Assembly (NCBI RefSeq): GCF_036321535.1
Contig: NC_087436.1
Span: 79,052,001 to 79,116,000 of the forward strand
DNA length: 64,000 nucleotides
From: Camelus dromedarius
Lineage: Eukaryota
Direction of reading: 5' to 3'
Shown: piece after piece, positions 28,431 to 41,221 of the stretch
How positions within the stretch are numbered: position 1 is the stretch's first letter
How the letters are laid out: the number at the start of each line of letters is the position of its first letter
Notes under the pieces: generated by a model
Told to the model about the DNA's origin: nothing
Databases searched by the model: none
What the model saw: the letters and a program-made list of their open reading frames with translations, nothing else
Program-made: the position numbers and the translations under genes

Positions 28431-30879
28431 TGGTTAAATGGTTAAATGGTTAAAATGGTTAAATCAACTTTATGTTATGTATATTTCACCAAAATTAAGA
28501 AAAATTTAATTCATTAGTAATTTTTAAAAACTAGACAACAAATCAAATCAAAAAAATTTTACTAAGAAAAAGTGTAGTAGTAAGGGAGTCAGACAAGAAA
28601 ACCAAGTATTACAATACACTATGACTAATGGAAACATAAAAAGCCAGTGTGAAATTTAACAGAAGTCTAATTAAAGTCAACTATCTGGTTAAGTATAACC
28701 AAGCTTTATGGAAATATATAGGAAACGGTCAGAGAAAAGAGTACCTAACTAAGCTTAGGGATCAAAAACTTCCAAGACAGGTAGAGATAATCCAAAGATA
28801 AAATGAATGAGTTATCCATTAGGAAAGCAAAAAAAAAGCACTTCAGATAAAAGCAACAGTGCCAAGAGCTTAAGTTCTGAGAGAACATGGCCCATTTGGT
28901 GATCTCTTAAAATAAGTTACATCAGTAGGTCTGGACCTAAGAGGAGGTGAAAATAAAAAAGTTATGTATTAGATCATAAATGATTTTAATGCTAAGAAAG
29001 CTCTAGCATTTGAAGTTATTCCTGATGGATTAAGGCCAAGAAATGGGTAAGAAATGGATATGGCCAAAAAAAAATTTAAGCAAGGGTGGACAAGATCAGA
29101 TTTGCATTTTAGACAAATCACTCACATACAAACATTAAGTTCACCTTGACTGAAAGACAGAAAAAGATGTCCACCATCAATGAGAAGCCCAAAAGTCATT
29201 AAAAAGCCATCTAAGTGTACCCTGAAAGATCATTAGCTGCAATATGAAGATAATGGAACCATGGAACCTCCTTGTGATAGGACAATTCAATAGGAGAGTT
29301 ACTTTGTTGGTTTAAAATTTGGCTTATATTAATTTAAAAGGCTACAAACTACTAGTTAACAGTAGAAATTATTCTTCCAAACTGAAATTAATGCCAGCAA
29401 CTCTAGTGAAATTTACGAGAAGTCTATCTGTATGCATTTTGGGAGGGCTAGTAAGTCAGCCTATAACTAAAAGGTGAAGTTATGATTAGTGTGCAACACA
29501 ATGTAAATGACCCAAAGACCCAGCAATGACATCCATTATAGGCAAATGTAAGAGAGGTGAAACCTTGACATCACCATTGTTCATTCGGACACTTCTGCAA
29601 AACCAGTTGTTTAGTATACAATTTCCCCCATAACTAAAAGTTATTCAAACTCAGAAACAGTGAACATTGCACTGAGACATTCCTCCTAGTTAACCACCTC
29701 CATCCACCCAGCCTCCCAAGGGACTGGTGGTCCCTTTATCATCAATACCTCCAAATCTTATTCACTCGAGCCAACTGAGGCCCACTTCCTGAAGCAGCTC
29801 CAAATCCAAATCCTTTCCAATTTTTTCTCTCGGGCCACATCTGCCTCCCACGACAGCCCTCAAGATATAAGCATCCTATACCATCCCAAATCTCTACTAA
29901 AGGCCTAAAGAAAAAGAACAATCACTCACCCAACACTGCCCTCAAACTACAATCTCCTTAAGCCTTCTCTCATGTGCTAAAATGAGAAGCCTCCCTACAT
30001 ATAATTCAAAGCCTCAGATTAATGATAAATTACTGCCACTGACTTCAGAGTTGCCTACTGTTACATTGTCTATAAATTATCAAAGACAGGAGTAGGTGGT
30101 TTAATACATATTCCAGGGATGGTATAGTTAACATGTGAAGTACCTTCACCAAGAGTACACATTCTAGAAATGGGTAATTAGCATTTGAAAGTCCCTAGCC
30201 AAAGTCTACCACCCAGAGGAGCTTCCATAAGCTCTTAGCACAATGGAAATTAGAGATGAGTTCTTAATTGGTGAAGGGAGTAATATTAGTATAGCTCTGA
30301 ATTAAAGACCAGTCACCAAGGCTGTGTGATTTTCTCTACAAGTAATAAGCTGCTTGACAGGCAAGAAGAAAGAAGAGAGCTAGCATTTGAAGCCATTATA
30401 GAAAGAGACAGTAAAAAGAGAACCAATGGTACTTGCAGGGAGCGATAATGATGGGTCATGAACTCCATGTTAAGTAAGGAAAAATCTGAGGACAGGAAAG
30501 GGCTGACTATTAATGAGAAAGTAGAAGAGTTAATGAATCAGATTTCAAAGTGAAAGAACTGCTAGACTGGAAGTACAAAGGCAGATTAACCAGAATAATA
30601 AAGAGAATGAAAACTCAAAGTCAAGATTTCTGAGGTGCTAGTATTGGTGATGAAAAATTGTCAAGTATCTAATAAAAGAGAATTGGGCCACACTAAGGAG
30701 TTTGCTGGTAAAAGAAACATAACTAAAATTCTATTACAACTTAAGTAATTATTACCATTGTGACAATTTTCTGTTTCATAGAGAACTGTATACAGAGCAT
30801 ATGAAAATACTGAAACTAAAAATTCAAACAGAAACCATGAAATTCTATACTCTCCCATGTATTACTTTAAACCTACTAG

Positions 30880-31090
30880 ACTTAGCATATGTGCTCCAGA
30901 TATAAATTGCCTGGATTCAAATCCCAACTTGGACATTTGCTAGCTGAGTGCCTCTGTTTCCACACTGGCAAAAGGAGATGTTATTAATACCTACTTCGTA
31001 GGACTGCCAGAGGATTGTCCATTCACCATATGTAAAGAACTTACACTAGCACAAGGACCACAGTAAACAATATGTAAATGTTAGCTAGTA
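30880..31090 (+). mobile_element. MIR relic
   Basis: ctggattcaaatccca...tagctgagtgcctctgtttcc...aatacctacttcgtagg. Confidence 0.6.
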
Positions 31091-31341
31091 TTATTAGAGT
31101 TTAAGACTTTGCTACCTTCAAGGTAAAATTCTAACCAAAAACTGAGGAGACTAAAGTAAAGGATTAATTTTGAGATAAGGCATTTTGCTTGAAGCACACA
31201 TTTAAGAAGTGTAACATTTCTTATTAATGAGTTTGGTTTATAGTAATAAGCACTAAAACATTTCAAGGTCGCAGAACAACCTTTTTTAAACCTTAAAAAG
31301 AAGGTAAATATTTAGCTTAATAAACTATAAAAAAATATAAC

Positions 31342-31465
31342 CTGCAATGACTGGTGGTGATACTTGAGTTGTCTGTCCTGTAACTGCTTTACTATTAATT
31401 GGTTTTGCAAAGATCAGCTTCGTGATTACTGGACCAGAGGTTGGTGTTCGAGGCTTCTTAGCAAT
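31342..31465 (-). CDS. LIN54: LIN54 exon 3: [41 protein letters not shown](G), 124 nt
   Basis: Acceptor atatttcag|ATT and donor GCAG|gttata. Frame is continuous with exon 2 (phase 0 in, phase 1 out) and the peptide matches LIN54. Confidence 0.95.
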
Positions 31466-34400
31466 CTGAAATATATAAGTAACTATGAAGACCACTGGTT
31501 CTATAAAACACCTACTCAATCAAAATTAAACAGAATTCATATATATAGAAGTACATGTGAAACCAGATCATTTAACAAAACATATCTAAGCATTAATGTT
31601 AAAAACATTTAAAATACAGCCATTCATCGAAATATTAATATAATCACATCTTTAAGCCATTATATAATAATACTTTTGGATTTTAGTTTCTGGGACATAT
31701 GCATATAATGAAAACCAAATTAATTTTTAAAATAATGCTTAATGTTCAATAATAACGTTTATCTAATAATAAATATTTCACAATAATAATAATGAAACAC
31801 TTTAGTACAGTAAATACTCCTTTCCAAATCACAAATCATTCAATAATAAAAAGACGGAATAGAGTAAGTTAAGAAAGCATAGTGCAAATGATAAAGCCAC
31901 CTGTTAATATAATTTCATTGGCCCCTGGAAGCAAAATATAAATACACATTAAAAAGATAGGCTTATGATTTTATCTTCAACTTTAGATCTATAAATCAGG
32001 GGCAGACAAATGAAGAACTGAGCAAGCTTACACCCTAGGATACAAACAGACAAGTTTGACAAAACAAAGACTATTCAAAAGGTGAAGCCTCTGAAATACT
32101 GTTTACTAAAATACAGTTTACTAGACTGTAAATTCCTTGAAAGGAGGGGCTATGTTTTATTCATCTCTGATCTTACACTGTTGCCCTGAACTAAAATTCC
32201 CCACAAGTCAGGGAAGGTAGAGTTACCAATGTTTTTATATTGAAATTATCCATGCATGCAAAGATATAGCTTCTTCTAAAAGAAACAGAAGTTTAACTAT
32301 GATCAAAATCATAGACTTTCAGAGCAGAAAGGACATTAAATATTAATTTTATCTTTGGCAGATATGAAAATTGAGGCCCTAAAAATACTATTTATTATTG
32401 GAAATAATAACTCAAAATGAATAATTATGACCAACTTGAATGACAAAAATATACCAACTAGGTAAATATCAGCTTTGTGTTCAAACTATATATTAAACTA
32501 AATAACACATTTTCTTACATTTAGAATATATTACTTTCTTACACTCAGAACATACTACTGACAAAACAAAATGTAAATGAAATACAAATCACTTTTTAAA
32601 TAAACAAACTAAGGAGATCCATTACTACATTAAAAAAATTCCCAGCTTTGAAATACATAAATAAATCCATAACTGTACTTTAAAAAACTGATGCAATTTG
32701 GAAGACATATAGGGAAATACTTCCCTCGTGTATTTACAGGCCTAAAACTCTAAATTTTAGTCAGAATATGCCATCTATTAACTTAGTATTAAGACTCTCA
32801 AGAGGTAGAGGTATTGATATTCTTAGAAACCCATGTTTAGCAAAAAATAACCTTAGCTATAAAAATTGGGAACTTAAAGTATTTCCCTATTTTTAACTGA
32901 TGTTCACAATCATAAGGCTATATGAATACTCACCAATCAGGAAAAAAATGTAAACAATACAACCAAAAGCAGATTAATTATTAAAATGAACGATCCCGAC
33001 TTGCCCTTGTGGTTTTATTTCTCTAGTGGAGCATTGCTGAAAATAAGGATTCCAGTTCTGTTAAGGAACCATGCTTTTTGCATTATTAATTCTAAACTAC
33101 CTTAGAACAAATTTACTTTATTAAATAAAACAGAGTATAAAGGATTATTTTTAACAAAATTTATCTAATAAGCAGAGTAAGACAAAAATGAATCAAAAAA
33201 TAAATTTACAAATAAGATAGACAAACATGTGACCAAATAATACAAAGAGGTAATTTTTGGCACTGTGTAGTGTAGGTGCAGGAACCAATAAGGAGTTATG
33301 TTGTTCCAGACTGCTAGATATTTATGACTCATATATACTATGCACAAGAAACATGGGAAAGTGTTCATACATCTGTAAGTAAGTGTAACTATCCCCCTTT
33401 GTTACTGCCTCGGGACTCAACTGTCACCTCTTTCCTTCATTTTTCAAGATGGGTCTCCTCCTTCCACCCTTACCCATTGTCCACACCCTAACAGTTTCAA
33501 TACTCTAATTAAATTTAAGACAATGCTGAGGACCGTGTGAAGAAAAAAACCCAGAAACTCATATACACCATACATTACTAAACCAAATATTCTGGTGCCT
33601 AGAATGGAAATAGTAGCTTTTTGTTTGTTTTTTCTTTGCTTCAGAGCTTTGCAGGCTACTCTTGAGTTGGAAAGATCTGAGTTGCCTAAAAATAACTGAA
33701 CAAGCAGAACAATATTCTAAATGACATTTCTTTTTTTTTTTTTAATAGAAGTTCTTTTTAAATAAATAGAGTCAGGTTTTATAAAAGTAGCAACAATAAA
33801 AGAAGTTGTAAGAATCAGACCCCAGTCTTTGTTTTTATTGTTAGTACTTAGGGGATTATAGTAGAAAACTAGTGGATACAAATAAACTGGTCTTAGAAAC
33901 AGTATGTATATGTTGCTCTTGTAAATGGAAAAAAAAAATAACATCCTAATTTACATTATAGTTTCTTGTGAACATGGTTATGATTCACATCCCCAAAGCC
34001 AGATAAACTCTGGTAAACCAATAAAAACAAATTTCAAAACTGATTCAAAAAAAAAAGCTGAGGACAAGGTGTTTCATGGTGATAGGATATCTCATTCAAG
34101 AGATCCTCATCAAGAGAAGTAAAAGGAAGTCAGCAATAAGTGAGAGATGATAATGAACAAGAAAGGAGAGGGCACTAAGTGCTTAACAGCGGCAGAAGGA
34201 ACATGGGCAAATCTTATGGTTTGAGAAATCTTACAAAGTTCTTAAATAAAAAGCCCATGAAAAATGTTTCTAATTATTTTGCAAACATAATAACCAAAAC
34301 ATTGTGTCTAATATCAGCTGAGAGTAGACAGTTCCCCCAACCCTCCTACTTCCCTATACGTCTGCTTAAGTTCTCTAATTCATGCCTTCTCCTTTTTCTA

Positions 34401-35291
34401 AAAGCTGACGCTTTCAAACAGGAAATTAATTTGGGTTCCCTGGTCTTAAATGGATCATTGTATTTCTAAAAGTAGTGGTGACCTAAAAAGGCCTATTTGA
34501 GTATGAAGAATGGGGAACCACTTAATATATGTCCTGATAACCTTTTATCTTAGGCTCCTGTTCACACTAACAATGGGTACCGTTTTGAAGGATCTCCAAT
34601 GTTTTGAGAACTATATCAAGTACTCATCTCTTCCTATGTGTTTCATCACAATCAAATAGCCATCTTTCAGCTAAAGTAAAAAACTCAGAGACAGTAAATA
34701 GCCAATCCAAAGTTCCACAGCTGGGAGGGCAGCAGAGAGGCGACTCAAATTCAGTTGGTCCAACTCTAAACCTTCCATACATGGCACTGCCTTTTCCACA
34801 CTGCAAACATGAGTAATGCAACGGACAGTAAATTCCAAAGAAGAGGCACACACTAGCTAGTATGTACTACTGCTAGCTCAAAGGGTTTCTCAGAGCAGCA
34901 AGTTTTCCTAGACTTAGTCCATCTGTTAACTGAAAATATCATGTCTGAATGATTTTTTGACAGCCCAGAACCAACTCTGACATTTTCATACCAGCAGAAC
35001 ATCCGTGTACTCAAACTACTACTGAGAATACAATACATTTTAAAATGAGTAAAAAGCTATAAATACACTAATTTGGAATTTAACCAAAATTAAGTTCTAA
35101 GTTCTCTGGCAGAAATTTTCAAAAGCATTAGACATATCAAACTTTACAAAAAAAATCCACACAATTACTAAAAGCAACATTCAAAAGAATTCAGTAACAA
35201 CTATGCATTTAATCACCCTACACACACAACTATCAATCAATTTAATGTTTAACATGCATTTTAATTAGTAAGCCCCCTTTTGTTTTTTTAC

Positions 35292-35972
35292 CTGTACTGT
35301 TTTTAACTGTTGGGTCTGTAACACAGAGGGCTGAGTTGTAGTATTAATCAGTTGACTTCCTGGGGTCAATGCTGAGACACCAATGACAGGTTTCACCTCT
35401 GGCCTCCCTCCAATGGTAACTACTTTAATTTGCTGCGGTGGTAACTTAGCATCTCCTGACTGGGCCTGAGTTGTAACTTTCTGAGCCTGGGGTTGGCTAT
35501 GGGGTAGTGCTAAAACAATTGGTGAACCAGACTTGCCCAAAGTTGTTAAAATTAACTTCTGTCCATCTGGTTTAAGGGTCTGATTGCCAAGTTTAAGATC
35601 AGATGTCTGTGATACTTTGTTTAAAATAATCTGATTGGCTGATATAGTCACAGGAGTCTGAGCACCAAGTTTTTGAAGGCCACTTGGAAAAGCTGGTTGC
35701 ACTGTGGTATTAGAATCTGCTTTAGTAACTGTGGTGTTCACTGCAACTTGGTTAGTGTGGTTACTGTACACTGTGATTGGCTCCGTGGAAATGGGCGTGG
35801 CTGTAGAGTCGCCAGTAGAATTTATGTTGACAATTTCTTCCAGTTCTGTCTCCATGGGAATTGGGGATGAAACAATAACAGCCTCAATACTATCATCATC
35901 CACTAAAGTTATACCAGTGTCCATTATCTCCTCTGGAAGCAAACTATTCACCTCAGCTGGCACCACCTCCAT
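35292..35972 (-). CDS. LIN54: LIN54 first coding exon (exon 2): MEVVPAEVNSLLPEEIMDTGITLVDDDSIEAVIVSSPIPMETELEE...QQLKTVQ, 681 nt
   Basis: Translation is recognisable as the LIN54 N-terminus. ATG is in strong Kozak context (atcATGG). Acceptor ctttcattgcag| opens the exon at 36004, giving 32 nt of 5' UTR. Donor CAG|gtaaaa at 35292/35291, phase 0. Confidence 0.97.
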
Positions 35973-36004
35973 GATCGTTCTCCTGCTAGAAAGTTGATCA
36001 GGCA
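35973..36004 (-). other. LIN54: LIN54 exon 2 5' UTR portion
   Basis: 32 nt between the acceptor AG (36006-36005) and the ATG; contains no upstream ATG. Confidence 0.85.
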
Positions 36005-37204
36005 CTGCAATGAAAGTTGAAAAATGAATAAATTACTAGGTTTCAAAACAAATTTAATAAGAAAAAATTATTCAAGAAAAATGTAAATGACAAAATAAAA
36101 TTTTTTATCACTGTATAACTGAGTGAAGGATATTCCTGATGCATATTTGGGTTAAACCATTTTAACATGTATCTTCAACCTTCAAGACTCTGAAATATAA
36201 GTCATACGGGACACAAAACTGAAGCAAACATTCTCATTCGCCATGTCTCAGTCCAAAAGTATACTGCATTCAGACAACACTAAGTCACATAATTACAGGA
36301 AACCCCTTTCCAATTCCTGCTCATAAAACCTTTTAATCTTCAACATCATCTTATTTCTTCCCAGTTATTTTTTTAATTCCTACTGACAGATTTGAACACT
36401 GCTGATCCACACAAGAATGTAGATTTAAATGTAAACAGATATTAGAAAATATCCTCAAATCTCCAATGAGCTAAGTCCTAAAATGAGGGTACCACACTAT
36501 TTATAAAAACCCATTTTAAATGCTCAAACTAATGCTAAAGGAGTTTCTAGAGTAATCCCTCTCAGCTACTGTAGATCAAATGGCTTATCTGGCCCAAGTT
36601 TGATCAAGTTTGATTTCTTCATAACTAAAGAAATCTTTATTTGGAAAGAAGATTCTCAAATTCTCCTCAGCCATTTAAAATGTCAAAAAGGGAACCATTT
36701 AAAAGGTATATAGCCAGTCTCCATAAAGAAAAAAAATGGTAATAATAATAAAGCAAATTACAAACTTATCAAAATGGCAGGAGTTCAGGTTTTTTGAGCA
36801 CAAGTTACCCACCCATTCTCCTTGCTTGGCCCTGCAATGAACCCTCCACCGCAAAAAAGAAACAAAAACAAAAACCCAAAACAACAACAAAAAACCAAAC
36901 AACAACAATGACAACAAAACCCAAAAAAACTGCAATGCTTTCAGCCAAAGGTCATGCAGAACTCCCAATAAAGGTGTCAGTACCATTATCTTCACTTATT
37001 AAAGACAGTACATCATATTTATGACTGACTAAATAACAATAAGTTATTTGTCCAGAGAATATTACAGATCCATAGGAACCTAATCAATTATTCTTTCTTT
37101 TCCCTTTTTTTAAAATATAAAAATGCAGTACCCATCCACGATTAACAGACATAAGTAGCCAATTATAATTATTAGCATTGACAAATACCAATACTGCCAA
37201 AATT

Positions 37205-37440
37205 AATCATCATTATTGAGCACTTACTATCTACCAGTGATGGTATAATTTAATTTAGCTTGACAACAACTCTAAGATGGTATCATTATCACCCCCACTT
37301 TATAGATGTGAAAACTTAGAAAGCTTAAACAGTTGGCTCAAGGTCACATAATTAGTAAATGGTAAAGCCAGAATTCAAACTCAGGACATGTTTTATGATA
37401 CCAAAGTACATAATTTTAATCACAATATTATACTGCCTTA
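37205..37440 (-). mobile_element. MIR
   Basis: ttattgagcacttactat...cccactttatagatgtgaaaact...ctcaaggtcacata...gaattcaaactcagg. Confidence 0.75.
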
Positions 37441-38224
37441 AATTTTTGTCACTGGTATTTTAAAATGGAGAAAAACATGTCTACTCCTTTATAGTCAATC
37501 CCCTACCCCCAAATCCTACTCTCTACAACAACCACTTCACTAGATTAGTTTTGCCTTTTTGCCCATTCTAGAACTTCAATGGAATCATATATTATGTACT
37601 CATGACATAAAGGAATATATAGTATAAGCTTTTTCCCTCAATGTGTTTTTTGAGATTTATATTTATTCTTACAGTTATTAGTAATTTAGTTCCTTTTTAC
37701 CGCCAAGAAATATTCCTTTGGATGAATCTACACAATTTGTTTATCCATTCACCTGTGGATTGCCATTCATATTGTTTCCACTTTGAGACTATTATGAATA
37801 AAACTGGTATAAAGCTTTTTATGGATCGATATTTTCTTTTTTAAAAAATAAATACCTAAAAATGGACTAACTGGACCACAAGGTAAGTTTATTTTCAAAC
37901 CTGCATGAAACTGACAAACGATTTCCCAACTTGGCTATACCATTTTGTACAACTACCAGCAATATATAAGAGAATCCAGCTGTTCCACATCCTTACCAAC
38001 AATTGGTTTTGTTGGTCTTTTTAATTTCAGCCATTCTAGTAGGTAAGAAATGATATCTCATTGTGGTTTTAATCTAAATTCCCAAATAACTAATGATGTT
38101 GAGCATTTTCATATGAGTATTGCCTGTATAAAAGTGTCTGCATGAAAGCTTTTTGCCAATTTTTAAAAAATATTGGTTTTTTTCTGTCTTATTGAGTTGG
38201 ATGAGTTCTTTATATACACTGAAA

Positions 38225-39655
38225 AATCATGAGTCACAATAACTTGTAGCTCAGAGGAATCACTAGGGTTTTGGGACCCCAAAATACAAGCACTTCTCTG
38301 CTTGCTCCTGATCAGGAGAACACCTTCTGGCACTTGCAGAACAGGCATGTGAAAATATCAACAGCAATTCTACCTTCAGTAATGGAGACCACAACAACAG
38401 TACACAACAACAAAGGGCCCCACCCACAGTGGGGCCCTTCCCTACTACAAACTTTGCCCCATCAATTGTCTCTGAACACTCCATCCCCTAGAGAACAGGT
38501 ATGCTGATGACCTGGATGTAAGTATCCAACAGAGGCATAAAAGTTTGACTCCCTCCTCTCCATGAAGTTCCCCCAGCATATTTAGACACATGGGTATGGC
38601 CTTTAGACCCTCATAAGGGCAGGGAGATCTTAGCCCAACCCCTATTCATCTCTCTCCTTAAACACCTGACATAAGAGGAGGAGAGGTTAGGCCACAGAGA
38701 GAGACAGTGGCCTGATAGTGCTTACTTTCAGTTTCAAGCACTCACACTTGCAGCTCAACTAAGTCAACTTCTAATGTTGTTAATACACCCAAATCCTCAT
38801 TTCTGACACCATTTTCTCAGCTTTGGGGACCCCATGCTCAGCAGCCACAGGCCCACCGCCTTTCAGCAAGGGCTATGCCACGGATTTGAGTGTACAGCAA
38901 CCGAAGCACCATTCAGGCTACCACTCAGCTCAGCCCCTAAGTGTTCACTGAGAGGCAGAACACTGAAGGGTGCCTACACTCCCTGCGCCCACCACCTCTG
39001 CCCACCACCTGGGTGAGAGCACTCACTACCAGATGCCAGACAGTCTTTCCATATCCCCAGCCCAGCCATCAGGCCTTCATCCTTCCTCTTTCAAAAAGCC
39101 ATGTCTCTGTCAGACTTCATTCTTACGGCCAAAACTGTCAAGAACTGAGAGGGATTTGAGATTTTAGACTCTCCTTGCAAGCTAACAATGTAGCCTGTTA
39201 TTGTTTCATGGATACTAGCAGACAACCCAGTAGTCCTAGGTCAGAAACACAGGACTTAGTACTCTCAGCACAGCAAGGAACATAAACACCACATGTGTAT
39301 CAGTTCCCCCGTGCCCACAAGTCCCACAGAGCAGAAGTGGAGACACCCAGGTAGATGCTGTGAAGGCAGTGAGTTTGCATCACAACCAAGGAACCCTGAG
39401 CTTAAGGAACTGGAATCATTTATAATGGGCTGAAGTACATCTACCCTTTGTCCAAAGGGAGATATTATCTTTATTATACTGGACAATAAGCAAATCTGCC
39501 CTTTGCTACAGCAAGAGTCACTAACTCTATTATGCAAGGCTTTATGCTATACAAACATCCTGGAAAAAATTGTTTAAAAGGGCTGTCACTGTCTCACTTG
39601 CAAGAAGTAAAGAAATGCAAAAACCATGGAGAACTGTCTCCCAATAGCATATCTC
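38225..39655. mobile_element. One or two ERV/ERVL-type LTR relics nested in the L1
   Basis: Abrupt rise in GC and LTR-like phrases (gcaagctaacaatgtagcctg...gtttcatgga...ggtcagaaacacaggact). Family not determined. Confidence 0.55.
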
Positions 39656-40955
39656 TCTACTTCTTTATCTTAGCAATGTCTTCTGTACTTCAAGTGTATA
39701 GATCTTGTGTATATTTTGGTAAATTTATCCTTAAGTGTTTCATGGTTTTTGATGCATTATAAATAGCCTTTTTTTTTCCCATTTTCCAATTGTTTGTTGC
39801 TAATGCATAGAAATTTAACTGATTATTTTATGCTGCCCATGTCCAACCTAGCTAAACTCACTTACTAATTCTAGTATCTTTTTGATGTAGATTCCTCAGG
39901 ATTTTCTAGAAGGATAATCTATGGTGTCGGAGAACAACATCTGTATTTATTCCTTTCCAATCTGTATGTCTTCTGCTTCTTTTCCTTGCCTTACTAAACT
40001 GACTAGTACCTCCAGTAAAATGTTGTAGTGGTCAGAGAAGACATCTTTACCTTGTTCCCAATCTTACCTTAGCTTAGGTTTTTCCTAAATTCCCTTTACT
40101 GAACTGAGGAAGCTTACTTACAGCCCCAGTTTTCAGTTGTTTCTTTTTTCAATCATAAATGGACATCTAATCATGTTTTTTGTGCAACGACTGAGATAAC
40201 CACATGCCTTTTCTCTTTTAGTTTGTGAACTATATTCATTGTTTTATTAAGCCAATTTTGCATTTCTGAAATAAACCCCAAAGTTATATAAAATTATATG
40301 AAATTCCATGTTCTATGTATTGCTCAATTCTATTTGCTAATATTTTGTGAAGCACTTTTGTCTATACTCATGAGGGCTATTGGTCTAGTTTTTTGCACTG
40401 GCTATCTGGAGATAATGCTAGTCTAATAAAGTGGGTTGGGATGTGTTTCGTCCTCTTCAATTTTCAGGAAAAGTCTATGTAGAATTGTTACTATTTCTTC
40501 CTGAAATGTTTGCTAGAACTCACCAGCAAAGCCATCTAGACATAAAGCTTCCTTGTGAGGTTTTTAACTATAAATTCAATTTCTTTAATAGATGTAGTGT
40601 TACTCAGATTATCTCTTTCTTCTCAAGTGACTTTGCTATCTGATAGTTTGTATCCTTCAAGGAATTTCTCTATTTCCTCCAGGTTGCCAAATTTATTAGC
40701 ATAAAGTTATACATCATATTATTTTAATGTCTGCAGAAATGACTTCATTCTTCATCTTAGTTTCTCTCTTTTCTCTTTTTTTTCCTGAGATTTTTCAATA
40801 TTATCAGTCTTTTCAAAGAATCATTTTGGCTTCATTGATTTTCTCAGTTGTGTGTCCATCTTTCATTTAATCGACTATTATCTTTATCTCCTTTCTTCTG
40901 CTTGCTTTAGATTTAATTTGTCCTTTTTCTAGAAGTTTAAGATGGAAGCACAGAT

Positions 40956-41221
40956 CAGAATTCAGCAAACCATGGCCTGTAGACCAAATCAGGCCTAGAG
41001 TCTATTTATGCATTGTTCTTCAGATAAAAATGATTTTTATGTTTTTAAATAGTTGGGGGAGGGAAGATATATGTGGGGGGGGTGGCTGTGTGTGTGTGTG
41101 TGTGTGTGTGTGTGTCTATATATCTATTATACCTATATATAGATATAGATAAATCGTGGCCTACAAAGCCTAAAATATTTGCTATCTGGCCCTTTATAGA
41201 AAAAAAATTTGTCAACACTTG
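40956..41221. mobile_element. MER58-type hAT DNA transposon with an internal (TG)n microsatellite at about 41087-41115
   Basis: cagaattcagcaaaccatggcctgtagaccaaatc...ctatctggccctttatagaaaaa...tttgtcaacacttg; degenerate terminal inverted repeats. Confidence 0.7.

Noticed and set aside
35673..35997. Plus-strand ORFs overlapping LIN54 exon 2
   Set aside because: Antisense shadows of a real coding exon.
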